Part shown: piece after piece, positions 10,538-19,622 of the stretch | How the letters are laid out: each line of letters begins with the position of its first letter | How positions within the stretch are numbered: position 1 is the stretch's first letter | Position numbers and translations under genes: made by a program | Notes under the pieces: generated by a model | What the model saw: only the letters and a program-made list of their open reading frames with translations | Told to the model about the DNA's origin: nothing | The model's database searches: none | From: Betaproteobacteria bacterium | Lineage (GTDB): Bacteria; Pseudomonadota; Gammaproteobacteria; Burkholderiales; SG8-41 | DNA: 64,000 nt | Reading direction: 5' to 3' | Assembly (NCBI GenBank): GCA_947476215.1 | Contig: CANJQI010000003.1 | Coordinates: 5,980 to 69,979 of the forward strand

Positions 10538-11563
10538 TTACGCGGTCTCGCGCAGAGGTACTGCCAGGTGCAGGCGCGCGATTTTGCGCGCCTGATCGGG
10601 AACGTTCACGTTGTCGAAAGCGAGCCGCCACGCCTGTGACCTGCCGGCACGCTTGGCCGCATACAACGCCTGATCTGCGCATTTAACGAGATCCGATGCG
10701 TTGTCGTGCCTGCGAATTCCGTCGTCGACGCGTGGGTCCGCGTGCGGCATGCGTCGTACGCAGTTGTTGCCAAAATATGCAAGGCCGACACTGACCGTCA
10801 CATGACCGGCCGTGGGCGAAGACTCATGAGGGATGGCGAGCGACTCGACCCGCGCCATGACCCGGCGCGCCACCTTCTCGGCGCCTGCAAGCGTGGTCTG
10901 TGGCAACAGCAGAGCGAACTCTTCGCCGCCAATACGCGCCACGTCATCCGCCGGACGCATGCACGCATCGCGCAATACCGCCGCCACGGAACGCAGGCAA
11001 GCATCGCCGGCCGGGTGCCCGTAGCGGTCATTGAACAGTTTGAAATGGTCGATATCCATCAGCAGCAATGCAAGCGGGTTGCTTGCGCGCAGGCTGCGCT
11101 GCCATTCGCGCTCAAGTAATTCGTCGAAGCGCCGGCGATTCGAGATTTCGGTCAGTGCGTCGACTGTGGAAATTCGCCGCAGTTCGTCGATCGCCTGCTT
11201 GAGGCGAAGTTGCGTTTTCACGCGGGCCAGGAGCAGCGGTTCGCATATCGGCTTGGAGATGAAATCCGCGGCGCCCAGCGCCAATGCTGCGACCTCATAA
11301 TCGGTATGCGCATGACTGGTGATGAATATGACCGGGACGTCCGCCAATTCCGGGGTGGCCTTCATGGTCTGGCAAACCTTGTAACCGTTGATGTTGGGCA
11401 TTTCCGCGTCGAGCAGCACCAGATCCGGCACCGACTCTCGTGCCATGGCAAGCGCTGTTTCACCATCTGTCGCAAAGCGCATGGATCCAAGACCGGACAG
11501 GACGCGCGCCAGCACCTGGATCATCCCGGGATCGTCGTCGACCAGCAGTATGTTGTATTTCAT
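10538..11563 (-). CDS. Response regulator receiver-GGDEF diguanylate cyclase (PleD/WspR-like)
   Basis: Start moved to MKYNILLVDDD (ATG 11563). REC motifs (DLVLLDAEMP, KP) are present, as is the GGEEF active site with an RxxD I-site 5 residues upstream (RPADDVARIGGEEF). Confidence 0.9.
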   Translation of the reverse strand: MKYNILLVDDDPGMIQVLARVLSGLGSMRFATDGETALAMARESVPDLVLLDAEMPNINGYKVCQTMKATPELADVPVIFITSHAHTDYEVAALALGAADFISKPICEPLLLARVKTQLRLKQAIDELRRISTVDALTEISNRRRFDELLEREWQRSLRASNPLALLLMDIDHFKLFNDRYGHPAGDACLRSVAAVLRDACMRPADDVARIGGEEFALLLPQTTLAGAEKVARRVMARVESLAIPHESSPTAGHVTVSVGLAYFGNNCVRRMPHADPRVDDGIRRHDNASDLVKCADQALYAAKRAGRSQAWRLAFDNVNVPDQARKIARLHLAVPLRETA

Positions 11564-11770
11564 GATTGTCCCCCACGCCTGAGACAGGTTTGGCCGCAGC
11601 CACATTCGCACACTCGGTGATTAACGGCGCTAAATCGAAATGCTTGATTCCAGCAAAACGCCTTATATCGAGTCGCGGGCACCACTTCGGACGCCTCTCA
11701 ATAGTCCTGCGGTAAAGAAAAGCGTCCCGAATGCCGATAACCGGAAATTCCCGTTCTTGAGCTTGCAATC

Positions 11771-12729
11771 TTGATATCAGCGACATGCCATCCCGCCGAG
11801 GAAGTGCGCATCGAAGTAGTGCATGCCCTGAACGTTCTGGACACCGCCGCGGCAGCTCAGTTCGATGCTATTACCAAGGTCGCGGCCACGTTATGTCATG
11901 CGCCAATCGCCCTGGTCAGCCTGGTCGACCGCCACCGCCAGTGGTTCAAGTCTGTCGTCGGACTGCCTCCCGATATAACCGAAACTTCGCGGGATGCCGC
12001 GTTTTGCGCGCACGCGATCCTGGATCAGGACGTCATGGAGGTGAAAGATGCGTCGGTGGACGAACGGTTTCATGACAATCCGCTGGTACCCGGCGATCCA
12101 AAAATACGGTTTTGCGCCGGGCAACCGCTGATCGTGGCAGGCATGCCTGTTGGAACGCTGTGCGTTATCGACAGCGTCGCGCGGAAACTTTCTACCAGTC
12201 AGCGCATTGCCCTGAAATTGCACGAGCCATCAACCCGCGCCTGAAGGCCCTGGCGCGCACCGGCCATTTCAGGGCGACGGTTCTGTTCAGCCACGATCCT
12301 GCTGCGCAACGACTCTCGGTCTGGAACGGTGGCATGCCCAACGCGCTGCTGCTGAGCAAGTCGGGGGACGTCCAAAGCACGATATCGTCTTCCCACCTCG
12401 CGCTGGGAATCTCACGCGACGAGGCATTTGACCCTACGACCGTGGAAATCGACACCCGCGACGCCGCTCAACTTGCATTGCTGTCGGACGGCGTGCTGGA
12501 GGCCGTCAATTCCGCCAACGAAGAATTTGGTCTTGCCAGGACACAAAAAGCACTGGGCTCAGCTCCGGCACGTGATCGGATCGAGGCCCTGCTGGCAGCG
12601 GTTTTTGCCTACCAAGGTCTGACGCCACAGGTTGACGGCATGGCGGTTGCGATGTTGAATCTTCGTGCGGCGTGGTGGTCCGCGAGTCCACTCGCGCCGT
12701 TTCACAGCCGACAGCTGCACAACACTTGA
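11771..12729 (+). pseudogene. GAF domain / PP2C (SpoIIE-type) phosphatase gene, frameshifted and lacking the N-terminal half of the phosphatase domain
   Basis: Frame 2 (11771-12244, TTG start) is a typical GAF domain (FDAITKVAATLCHAPIALVSLVD..RQWFKS...IRFCAGQPL...GTLCVID). Frame 1 continues from ~12215 with ...ALARTGHFRATVLFSHD...VWNGGMPNALLL...LLSDGVLEA...EEFG...VDGMAVAMLNL, which is only the C-terminal half of a SpoIIE/PP2C domain. The metal-binding first half is absent. Confidence 0.65.
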
Positions 12730-12771
12730 ATTTGTATTTGTATTCAACAAATTTCGAAAAACGCGCCGCGG

Positions 12772-13428
12772 TCAACTGCCGGTTTCAGACAGCCGCGCGA
12801 GTGCGCCGGCATAAGTGGATTCAACATCGCTGTTGCCCGTCATGGATACGCCAAGATCCCGCAGTCTTCCATCGCTCAAGCGATAGATCCAACCGTGTAC
12901 GATCAGTTCGCGGCCGCGCATCCAGGCATCCTGCACGATGTTGGTCTGCGCGACGTGCCTGACCTGCTCAACAACGTTCAACTCGCACAAACGTTCCCAG
13001 CGAACCGCCAGGTCCATGGTCGGTGCCAGCAGATGGGCATGCTTACCGCATACATCCTGCACGTGGCGCAGCCAGTTATCTATCAGGCCGAGACGCTCGC
13101 CGGTCAGGGCCGCCTTGACGCCGGCACAGCCATAGTGCCCGCAGACTATGATGTGACTGACCTCCAACACGTCAACGGCAAACTGAATCACCGAGAGGCA
13201 GTTCAAGTCGGTATGCGCAACAACGTTTGCGACGTTGCGATGAACAAAAACTTCGCCGGGCTGCAAGCCGGTAATCTGATTGGCCGGGACCCGGCTGTCG
13301 GAGCATCCGATCCAGAGGTGTTTCGGAGACTGAAGGTCCGCGAGACGGCGAAAGAATTCAGGGTCCTGGGCCGTCATCTTTTGCACCCAGACTCGATTGT
13401 TCTCAAATAGCTCAGGCAGGTATTGCAT
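12772..13428 (-). CDS. can: Beta-class carbonic anhydrase (Can-like)
   Basis: MQYLPELFENNRVWVQKMTAQDPEFFRRLADLQSPKHLWIGCSDSRVP...VCGHYGCAGV, co-linear with E. coli Can. Start placed at the ATG preceded by AGGA (13428); the ORF track start 13437 is also possible. Confidence 0.9.
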   Translation of the reverse strand: MQYLPELFENNRVWVQKMTAQDPEFFRRLADLQSPKHLWIGCSDSRVPANQITGLQPGEVFVHRNVANVVAHTDLNCLSVIQFAVDVLEVSHIIVCGHYGCAGVKAALTGERLGLIDNWLRHVQDVCGKHAHLLAPTMDLAVRWERLCELNVVEQVRHVAQTNIVQDAWMRGRELIVHGWIYRLSDGRLRDLGVSMTGNSDVESTYAGALARLSETGS

Positions 13429-13446
13429 TATTGGCATCCTGTTATC

Positions 13447-13478
13447 AACAAAAACGCGCGTCGCCGGCCCGGCACGCG
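13447..13478 (-). terminator. Rho-independent terminator after the peroxiredoxin gene
   Basis: The minus strand reads ccgcgtgccgggccggcgacgcgcg followed by TTTTTGTT, immediately 3' of the stop at 13480. Confidence 0.6.
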
Positions 13479-13479
13479 G

Positions 13480-14139
13480 TCAGCCCGGTTGTTTAACCAC
13501 GCGCAAATAAGGCTTGATCGTCTTCCAGCCGTCCGGATACAGTGTCTTTGCTTCCGCGTCTGAAACTGAGCCCGCGATAATGACATCATCTCCCGCTTTC
13601 CAGTTAACCGGTGTCGCCACCTTATGTTTGGCGCTAAGCTGCATGGAATCGAGAACACGCAATATTTCGTCGAAGTTGCGCCCTGTGGTCATCGGGTAAG
13701 TCAGCATGAGTTTGATCTTCTTGTCGGGCCCGACAATGAAGACAGAGCGCACGGTGGCATTCGTCGCGGCGGTACGCCCGGCAGCGGTTCCCGGCTCTTC
13801 GGCGGGCAACATGTTGTAGAGCTTGGCCACCGCCAGATCCGTGTCGCCTATCATGGGGTAATTAACCTTTGCCCCCTGGGTTTCTTCGATGTCGACCGCC
13901 CATCTTCCGTGATCTTCGACGGGATCAATCGACAGGCCGATCAGCTTGGCGTTGCGCTTGGTGAATTCCGGTTCAATCTTCGCCATGTAGCCGAGCTCGG
14001 TGGTGCATACCGGCGTAAAGTCCTTGGGGTGCGAGAAAAGGACAGCCCAGTTGCTGCCTATCCATTCGTGAAAATCGATTGTGCCCTGAGTCGTTTTGGC
14101 CTTGAAATTCGGAGCGGTATCGTTAATCCGAAGAGACAT
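13480..14139 (-). CDS. 1-Cys peroxiredoxin (Prx6 type)
   Basis: 219-aa ORF, ...WAVLFSHPKDFTPVCTTELG..., SD AGGAGG 5 nt upstream. Confidence 0.92.
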   Translation of the reverse strand: MSLRINDTAPNFKAKTTQGTIDFHEWIGSNWAVLFSHPKDFTPVCTTELGYMAKIEPEFTKRNAKLIGLSIDPVEDHGRWAVDIEETQGAKVNYPMIGDTDLAVAKLYNMLPAEEPGTAAGRTAATNATVRSVFIVGPDKKIKLMLTYPMTTGRNFDEILRVLDSMQLSAKHKVATPVNWKAGDDVIIAGSVSDAEAKTLYPDGWKTIKPYLRVVKQPG

Positions 14140-14411
14140 AGAACCTCCTGAGAAAGTGAATTGGGCCGAAAGGCATTCGACTCAAGCATGGTACGCCGTG
14201 CGCGCGCACCCGGAATCCTGCGCTTTTAGCGGTGAACAATTATAGCCGCAACGACCCAATACAGTATTCGGCACATTCTCACTTGGCGTGGCATACACAG
14301 CCCTGTAACATCCTTTTCATACTAGCCGGGACCGGCTTGGCCAAGTACACATGCACGCTGGCGGCTTCCTCGGAAGTCCTTCGGTGACAATACCGAAATT
14401 CGGAGGTAATC

Positions 14412-15674
14412 ATGTTTTTCAGGCAATTATTTGATCCGGCCTCGTCGACGTATACCTATCTGATCGCCGACGACGAGACGCACGAGGCGGTGATTATCGA
14501 TCCCGTCATCGAACAGCTGGACCGCGATTTGAAGCTGATCCGAGAACACGGACTTACATTGATGTACGTGCTCGAAACCCATGTTCATGCGGATCACATC
14601 ACCGCCTCGCGCGCGCTTAAGCAGGCAACCGGCGCGCAAACCGCGGTGTCGAGCGACTGCAATGCGCAGGGGTACGATCGCATGCTGGAAGGCGGCAACG
14701 TCATACTGTTTGGTCGCGAGGATATTCTTGTCATGGCAACGCCTGGCCATACCTCCGGCAGCGTTTGCTATCTGTGGCGCGATCGCGTTTTTACCGGGGA
14801 TACGCTGTTGATCGGTGGCTGCGGGCGAACCGATTTCCAGAATGGCAGCGCGGAGAGCCTGTGGATGAGCATCGTCGAAAACCTGTTCCGGCTCGATGAA
14901 CAGGTTTTGGTTTATCCCGGCCACGACTACAAAGGCCGCAGGGTCAGCACTATCGGCGAGGAAAAACAGTTCAATGCGCGCGTGGCCGGGAAAACGCGCG
15001 AGGAGTTTATTGAAATCATGAACAACCTCAACCTTCCCCTGCCAAAACGTCTGCAGGAAGCCGTGCCGGCCAATCTTGCCGGCGGCGCGCGCCTTCCGGA
15101 TCCCCACGGCGCCCGCCAAATGCAAGTTGCACGCGAACCCGGCAATTCGCTGCGCAGCGTTGCGGCACAGCAGTTGGCGACCCTCTCCGCGTCCGGAAGT
15201 TTGCACCTGCTGGACGTGCGCACGCCGGGCGAGTTCGCAAGTTTACGGATAGCGGGTTCAATCAATGTTCCGTTTGATCGGCTCGATCCTGCGGCGTTGC
15301 TAGCGCGCTTTGCCGCGGACGCACCGCTCTACTGCATGTGTCAGACCGGCACTCGCAGTCAGTTGGCCGCCGACCGGCTGCGCGCCGCAGGCTTCAGCAA
15401 CGTGGTGCATGTCGATGGAGGCACCAACGCGTGGATAGCGGCCGGCCTTTCGGTAATACGCGGCGAACGCAAAGTGATCTCATTGGAACGGCAGGTGCGT
15501 ATTGCCGCGGGTCTGCTATCGGTGCTGGGCGTGATCGCGGGCGCATTGATCCACCCCGCAGGCTATGCGCTGTCCGCGCTGATAGGGGCCGGACTTGTGT
15601 TTGCGGGAGTCACCAATTCATGCGGCATGTCCACGGTACTCGCGAGACTGCCATGGAATCAGGCGCACGTTTAG
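14412..15674 (+). CDS. Persulfide dioxygenase (ETHE1-like MBL fold)-rhodanese-DUF2892 (YgaP-type membrane tail) fusion protein
   Basis: N-terminus MFFRQLFDPASSTYTYLIAD...ETHVHADHIT...TPGHTSGS (type-II PDO MBL motifs). The middle has a rhodanese active-site loop, CMCQTGTRS. The C-terminus, RIAAGLLSVLGVIAG...GAGLVFAGVTNSCGM, is the two-helix DUF2892 motif. Confidence 0.85.
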   Translation: MFFRQLFDPASSTYTYLIADDETHEAVIIDPVIEQLDRDLKLIREHGLTLMYVLETHVHADHITASRALKQATGAQTAVSSDCNAQGYDRMLEGGNVILFGREDILVMATPGHTSGSVCYLWRDRVFTGDTLLIGGCGRTDFQNGSAESLWMSIVENLFRLDEQVLVYPGHDYKGRRVSTIGEEKQFNARVAGKTREEFIEIMNNLNLPLPKRLQEAVPANLAGGARLPDPHGARQMQVAREPGNSLRSVAAQQLATLSASGSLHLLDVRTPGEFASLRIAGSINVPFDRLDPAALLARFAADAPLYCMCQTGTRSQLAADRLRAAGFSNVVHVDGGTNAWIAAGLSVIRGERKVISLERQVRIAAGLLSVLGVIAGALIHPAGYALSALIGAGLVFAGVTNSCGMSTVLARLPWNQAHV

Positions 15675-15803
15675 AGTATCCCCACAGCGCATTTTGGAAC
15701 ACAATAACTATCGGGGATACCGTGCGTTTCCACGACACTCGCCGCGGCGCAAGAGCTCAAGAAACGAACCAGCCGAAGCATAACGATGGTAGGAGGCATG
15801 CCT

Positions 15804-16862
15804 ATGCAATTTGGGATCAACGTCAGCACGGACGATCCTGGGGGCCGCGACCCGATGTCGCGTCTCGAGGACTACATGGAACGTGGCCGCACGGCAGCCG
15901 ATATGGGCTTCGATACCGTTGCAGTGAGCCATCGATACTCCTTCGGGCCGGCGAAAGCCGACGCACGCGGCGAGCCCCTTAGAACTTCACGCTTTCAGCC
16001 GCTGCTAATGCTTGCCCACTTGGCCGCCGAACTGCGTGACCGTGTGAACTACGTCACCAGCATTTACATGTCCACCTTTGCGCATCCGGTGCAGCTTGCC
16101 GAGGACATCGCAACCCTTGACGTGTTTTGCCGTGGGCGTTTGCGCCTCGGTGTGGGCCTGGGCTGGATGCCCTACGAACTGGAGGCCTTCGGCATACCCA
16201 GGCGCGAGCGGGTTACACGCTTTGAGGAGGGCATCGAGCTCTACCGGCGCCTGCTCACCGAGGACGTGGTCGACTTCGAGGGCAAACATTTCCAGGCGAG
16301 AGATGCGCGCATGATCGCGCGCGCTATCCAGAAACCGATGCCGCCCCTGTGGATCGGTGCTTCCGCGGACCCTGCAGTGTTGAGGGCGGCACGCATGGGC
16401 GACTCCTGGATCATGTCGGCGCATATTGCCATCGACGAGCTTGAGCGGCAGGTCGTGCTCTACCGCGACGAACTCAATCGGTTGAACAAACCGTTCCCGG
16501 ACGAGCGGCCGATCGTGCGCATCATATACGTAGCCCCGGATCGGGAAACGGCCCTGAAGGAAGCCGAGCCCGCGATCGCGAAATGGTATCGGGAACGTGG
16601 CACCTGGGGCTGGTTCCTCACCCAAGGCAGCGCCGGCGCAATCGCCGACGACGTGATGCGCAGCGGCCGCTGGATCATCGGAGACCCGGATGATTGCGTC
16701 GAACAGATCAGCCAGTTCCGCGATCGTTTAGGCGTCAATCACATGGTATTCGCGATGCCGCGGTCGGACGGCGGGCAGGACAAGCAGCGGCGTTCCATGC
16801 GTCTGTTGGCTGAACGTGTGCTGCCACACTTGCGGCCGAAGCCGACGGCAAAGCCGGCATGA
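15804..16862 (+). CDS. LLM-class (luciferase-like) flavin-dependent oxidoreductase
   Basis: MQFGINV... with TIM-barrel LLM family features (GFDTVAVSHRY, RLGVGLGW, LWIGASA). Start set at the ATG 9 nt after AGGAGG (15804). Confidence 0.8.
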   Translation: MQFGINVSTDDPGGRDPMSRLEDYMERGRTAADMGFDTVAVSHRYSFGPAKADARGEPLRTSRFQPLLMLAHLAAELRDRVNYVTSIYMSTFAHPVQLAEDIATLDVFCRGRLRLGVGLGWMPYELEAFGIPRRERVTRFEEGIELYRRLLTEDVVDFEGKHFQARDARMIARAIQKPMPPLWIGASADPAVLRAARMGDSWIMSAHIAIDELERQVVLYRDELNRLNKPFPDERPIVRIIYVAPDRETALKEAEPAIAKWYRERGTWGWFLTQGSAGAIADDVMRSGRWIIGDPDDCVEQISQFRDRLGVNHMVFAMPRSDGGQDKQRRSMRLLAERVLPHLRPKPTAKPA

Positions 16863-17516
16863 TCTGCCAACTGCCAGGCATCCTGGACGACAGCTGCGGG
16901 ACGATTTTCGATCGTGGTCAAGGCAATGGTCCCGGCACTACAAGAGCCACTGACCAAATCGCAAACATTCGTTACTGAGTGGCCGGTGAAACTCAGCAAG
17001 CCGCCGCTCGTGGGCGGGATATAAACGACAACCTCGCTTTGCCGCCGTTGAATCTGTGGGCGGCATAAGCGGCCGTTGAGCCGTTACCCGCTATTGCACA
17101 CGAATTTCAGCCGGATGGCAGTTTTCCAATACAGCGAACGCGTACTCCCGACCGATTTCAAACCTTTATGACCGTCGGCTTCGCTGACGTAGTTCTTGGG
17201 CAATGGCGGCTTGGGCCAGGCAACAGATATTCAGAATTTTTCGCGCCAAGATTGGGAATTTTCATTTCTGACGGCCGCTTCCAAAAAATCCATCACCGGC
17301 TGGCGACCCGTTGCGCGTGTAGGTGACAGCCTGGGATCGAGAAATCTACTTGGCTCCGACGATGAGAATTCCCTCGATCGACAACGTTCGCCGAGTGCCC
17401 AAGCAAGACCCGTAATTGGCGACGCTGCCCACTTGTGTTTCCAATTGGATCGGCTTTCCCGACGTCGCTGTTGTGATTAAACTACCTGGCGGGCCTTGAT
17501 GAAATAAGGAGTTGAA

Positions 17517-17918
17517 ATGGTGATTACGGGCGGTTGTCATTGTGGTGCCGTTCGCTACGAAGCGGAAGGCGAAGCGATCACTCACGCGTTGTGCCATTGC
17601 AGGGATTGCCGACGTCACGCCGGCGCGCCGATGGTCGGTTGGACCATGTATAAAGAAAGCGCAGTCAAGGTCACGAAAGGCAAACCGAAGGTCTATCATT
17701 CATCGGAATTTGGACGACGGCATTTCTGCGCCGATTGTGGCACCGGTCTGTTCTACACCAATGCCCATATATTGCCGGGCATCGTCGATATCCAGAGCGG
17801 AACCTATGATGACCCCGATGCCGTTCCTGCGCGCGCACATATCCAAATCGCGGAACGTATCGGTTGGATGGCGCGTGCGCACGAACTCCCTACGTTTGAG
17901 CGTTTCCCACCGCAGTAG
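17517..17918 (+). CDS. GFA-family (glutathione-dependent formaldehyde-activating / CENP-V-like) zinc protein
   Basis: GGCHCGAVRYEA...HALCHCRDCRRHAGAP...FCADCGTGL, the diagnostic Cys pattern. SD AAGGAG. Confidence 0.88.
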   Translation: MVITGGCHCGAVRYEAEGEAITHALCHCRDCRRHAGAPMVGWTMYKESAVKVTKGKPKVYHSSEFGRRHFCADCGTGLFYTNAHILPGIVDIQSGTYDDPDAVPARAHIQIAERIGWMARAHELPTFERFPPQ

Positions 17919-18187
17919 TGAAATCGTGTAGCGTGCCTAAATTGCGGTTGCTTGAGGCGATCCGCAATGCGACGTTTCCTTGCTCACGTCGCTTCGTCAC
18001 ACCTGCTTACGTTCTTGTGGGCTACCCGTCGTCCAGTATTTTCGGAGAATGACGAATGCGAGGTAGTGAATAATTAGCGGGCACAGACGGGATCATGACA
18101 ACAAATGCCGGATTGTTCCGGTCAATTCACGCGGAAATGAGCCATCTCCCAAGACAGCGCACCGTACTTACTCTCCATACCGCAGAC

Positions 18188-18233
18188 AAGAAAAAGGCCG
18201 TAATCCATGTATTTACCTGGACTTACGGCCTTT
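18188..18233 (-). terminator. Rho-independent terminator downstream of tRNA-Leu
   Basis: On the minus strand AAGGCCGTAA-19 nt-TTACGGCCTT is followed by TTTTTCTTGT, 25 nt after the tRNA 3' end. The loop is rather large. Confidence 0.5.
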
Positions 18234-18257
18234 ATCGGACTGCTTCGGACTAACACA

Positions 18258-18342
18258 TGGTGCCGTCGGAGAGACTCGAACTCTCACAGCTTTCGCCACC
18301 GCCCCCTCAAGACGGCGTGTCTACCAATTCCACCACGACGGC
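18258..18342 (-). tRNA. tRNA-Leu (anticodon GAG)
   Basis: The reverse complement is GCCGTCGTGGTGGAATTGGTAGACACGCCGTCTTGAGGGGGCGGTGGCGAAAGCTGTGAGAGTTCGAGTCTCTCCGACGGCACCA. It has a 7-bp acceptor stem, the anticodon loop TTGAGGG, a long variable arm, T-loop GTTCGAGTC and an encoded CCA. Confidence 0.93.
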
Positions 18343-18350
18343 ATTGCCTG

Positions 18351-18719
18351 TTACTTCGGTATTTCCTTCACTTTTGAATCCGCGTCCAGCGCGGGCACGG
18401 ACGGCACCGGCGTTGAAGTCGGCTCTTTGCCCGGGATTGGCGACTGCGATGCCGGCTGCGTCTTCGACATGACGCCCTTGGTTTCCGTTTTGTGCGCGGA
18501 AAACCACGTCAACGTGAGGCTGGTCACAAAGAAAAGCGTAGCCAGTGTCGCGGTTGCGCGACTCAGGAAATTTGCCGACCCGGTGGAGCCGAACAGGCTA
18601 CCCGACGAACCGCCGCCGAATGCAGCGCCCATGTCGGCGCCCTTGCCATGCTGCAGCAGCACCAGACCGATAATCGCTATCGCCGCCACCACGTGAACAA
18701 CCAATATCAGAGTTTCCAT
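18351..18719 (-). CDS. secG: Preprotein translocase subunit SecG
   Basis: 122-aa ORF, LLQHGKGADMGAAFGGGSSGSLFGSTGSANFLSR signature, two TM helices. Located between tpiA and tRNA-Leu. Confidence 0.92.
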   Translation of the reverse strand: METLILVVHVVAAIAIIGLVLLQHGKGADMGAAFGGGSSGSLFGSTGSANFLSRATATLATLFFVTSLTLTWFSAHKTETKGVMSKTQPASQSPIPGKEPTSTPVPSVPALDADSKVKEIPK

Positions 18720-18736
18720 GGACCTCTCCCTAACTT

Positions 18737-19495
18737 TTATCGACGTTCCGCGGCACGGCAGATCGCCAGAAATTCTTCAGCGACCAAGGATGCGCCGCCT
18801 ATCAGGCCGCCGTCGATATCGTTCATAGTAAACAACTCCGCAGCGTTTGAAGCTTTTACGCTGCCGCCATATAGGATACGCAAGCCGTCGGCAAGCGCCC
18901 TGTCCTGCGCCGCCACGCTGCCGCGAATAAACGCGTGCACAGCCTGCGCCTGTTGCGGCGTCGCGGTCTTGCCGGTCCCTATCGCCCACACAGGCTCATA
19001 GGCAACCACCGCCTTGCCCAACGCCGCCACGCCCGATTTATCGATCACCGCCGCAAGCTGCCGGCCGACAACCGCTTCCGTGACATTCGACTCGCGTTCC
19101 TGCAAGGTCTCGCCCACGCACAATATCGGCGTCAGCCCGGCTTTGAGCGCGACTTCGAACTTGGCTGCAACGACCGCGTCGCTCTCGCCAAAAATACTGC
19201 GCCGCTCGGAATGACCGACAACCGCGTGCCGGCAACCGAACTCAACCAGCATGTCCGCGCTGACGGCGCCGGTATATGCGCCGGCACCAAACTGACTCAA
19301 GTCCTGACCACCCCAAACCGTCGTCGAACCGGTGAGCGCCTGCTGAGCCTGAGTCAGATACGGATAAGGCACGCAAACCGAGCACTCGACACCACGCAGT
19401 TGCGCTAGGCCGTCACGCAATGCCGCAAGCAGCGCCTGGTTTGCACCGAGGTTGCCATTGCATTTCCAGTTTCCCGCTACCAGTCTGCCGCGCAT
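18737..19495 (-). CDS. tpiA: Triosephosphate isomerase
   Basis: Start moved to MRGRLVAGNWKCNG (19495). Also VGHSERR and AYEPVWAIGTG motifs. Confidence 0.93.
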   Translation of the reverse strand: MRGRLVAGNWKCNGNLGANQALLAALRDGLAQLRGVECSVCVPYPYLTQAQQALTGSTTVWGGQDLSQFGAGAYTGAVSADMLVEFGCRHAVVGHSERRSIFGESDAVVAAKFEVALKAGLTPILCVGETLQERESNVTEAVVGRQLAAVIDKSGVAALGKAVVAYEPVWAIGTGKTATPQQAQAVHAFIRGSVAAQDRALADGLRILYGGSVKASNAAELFTMNDIDGGLIGGASLVAEEFLAICRAAERR

Positions 19496-19622
19496 GTCCG
19501 ACTCATTTGTTTGATATGGCCCTGCAAAACCGTCGGATTTTACCGGCGACTGCATCCACGGTCAACGCAATTCAAGCCTTGGGCAGTAACCAAGCGCCTT
19601 GATTTTTCGGGAGAAATGGCCT

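Noticed and set aside
15684-15727. GTATCCCC...GGGGATAC inverted repeat after the PDO fusion gene as a terminator
   Set aside because: The loop is ~27 nt and no T tract follows, so it is not a convincing intrinsic terminator.
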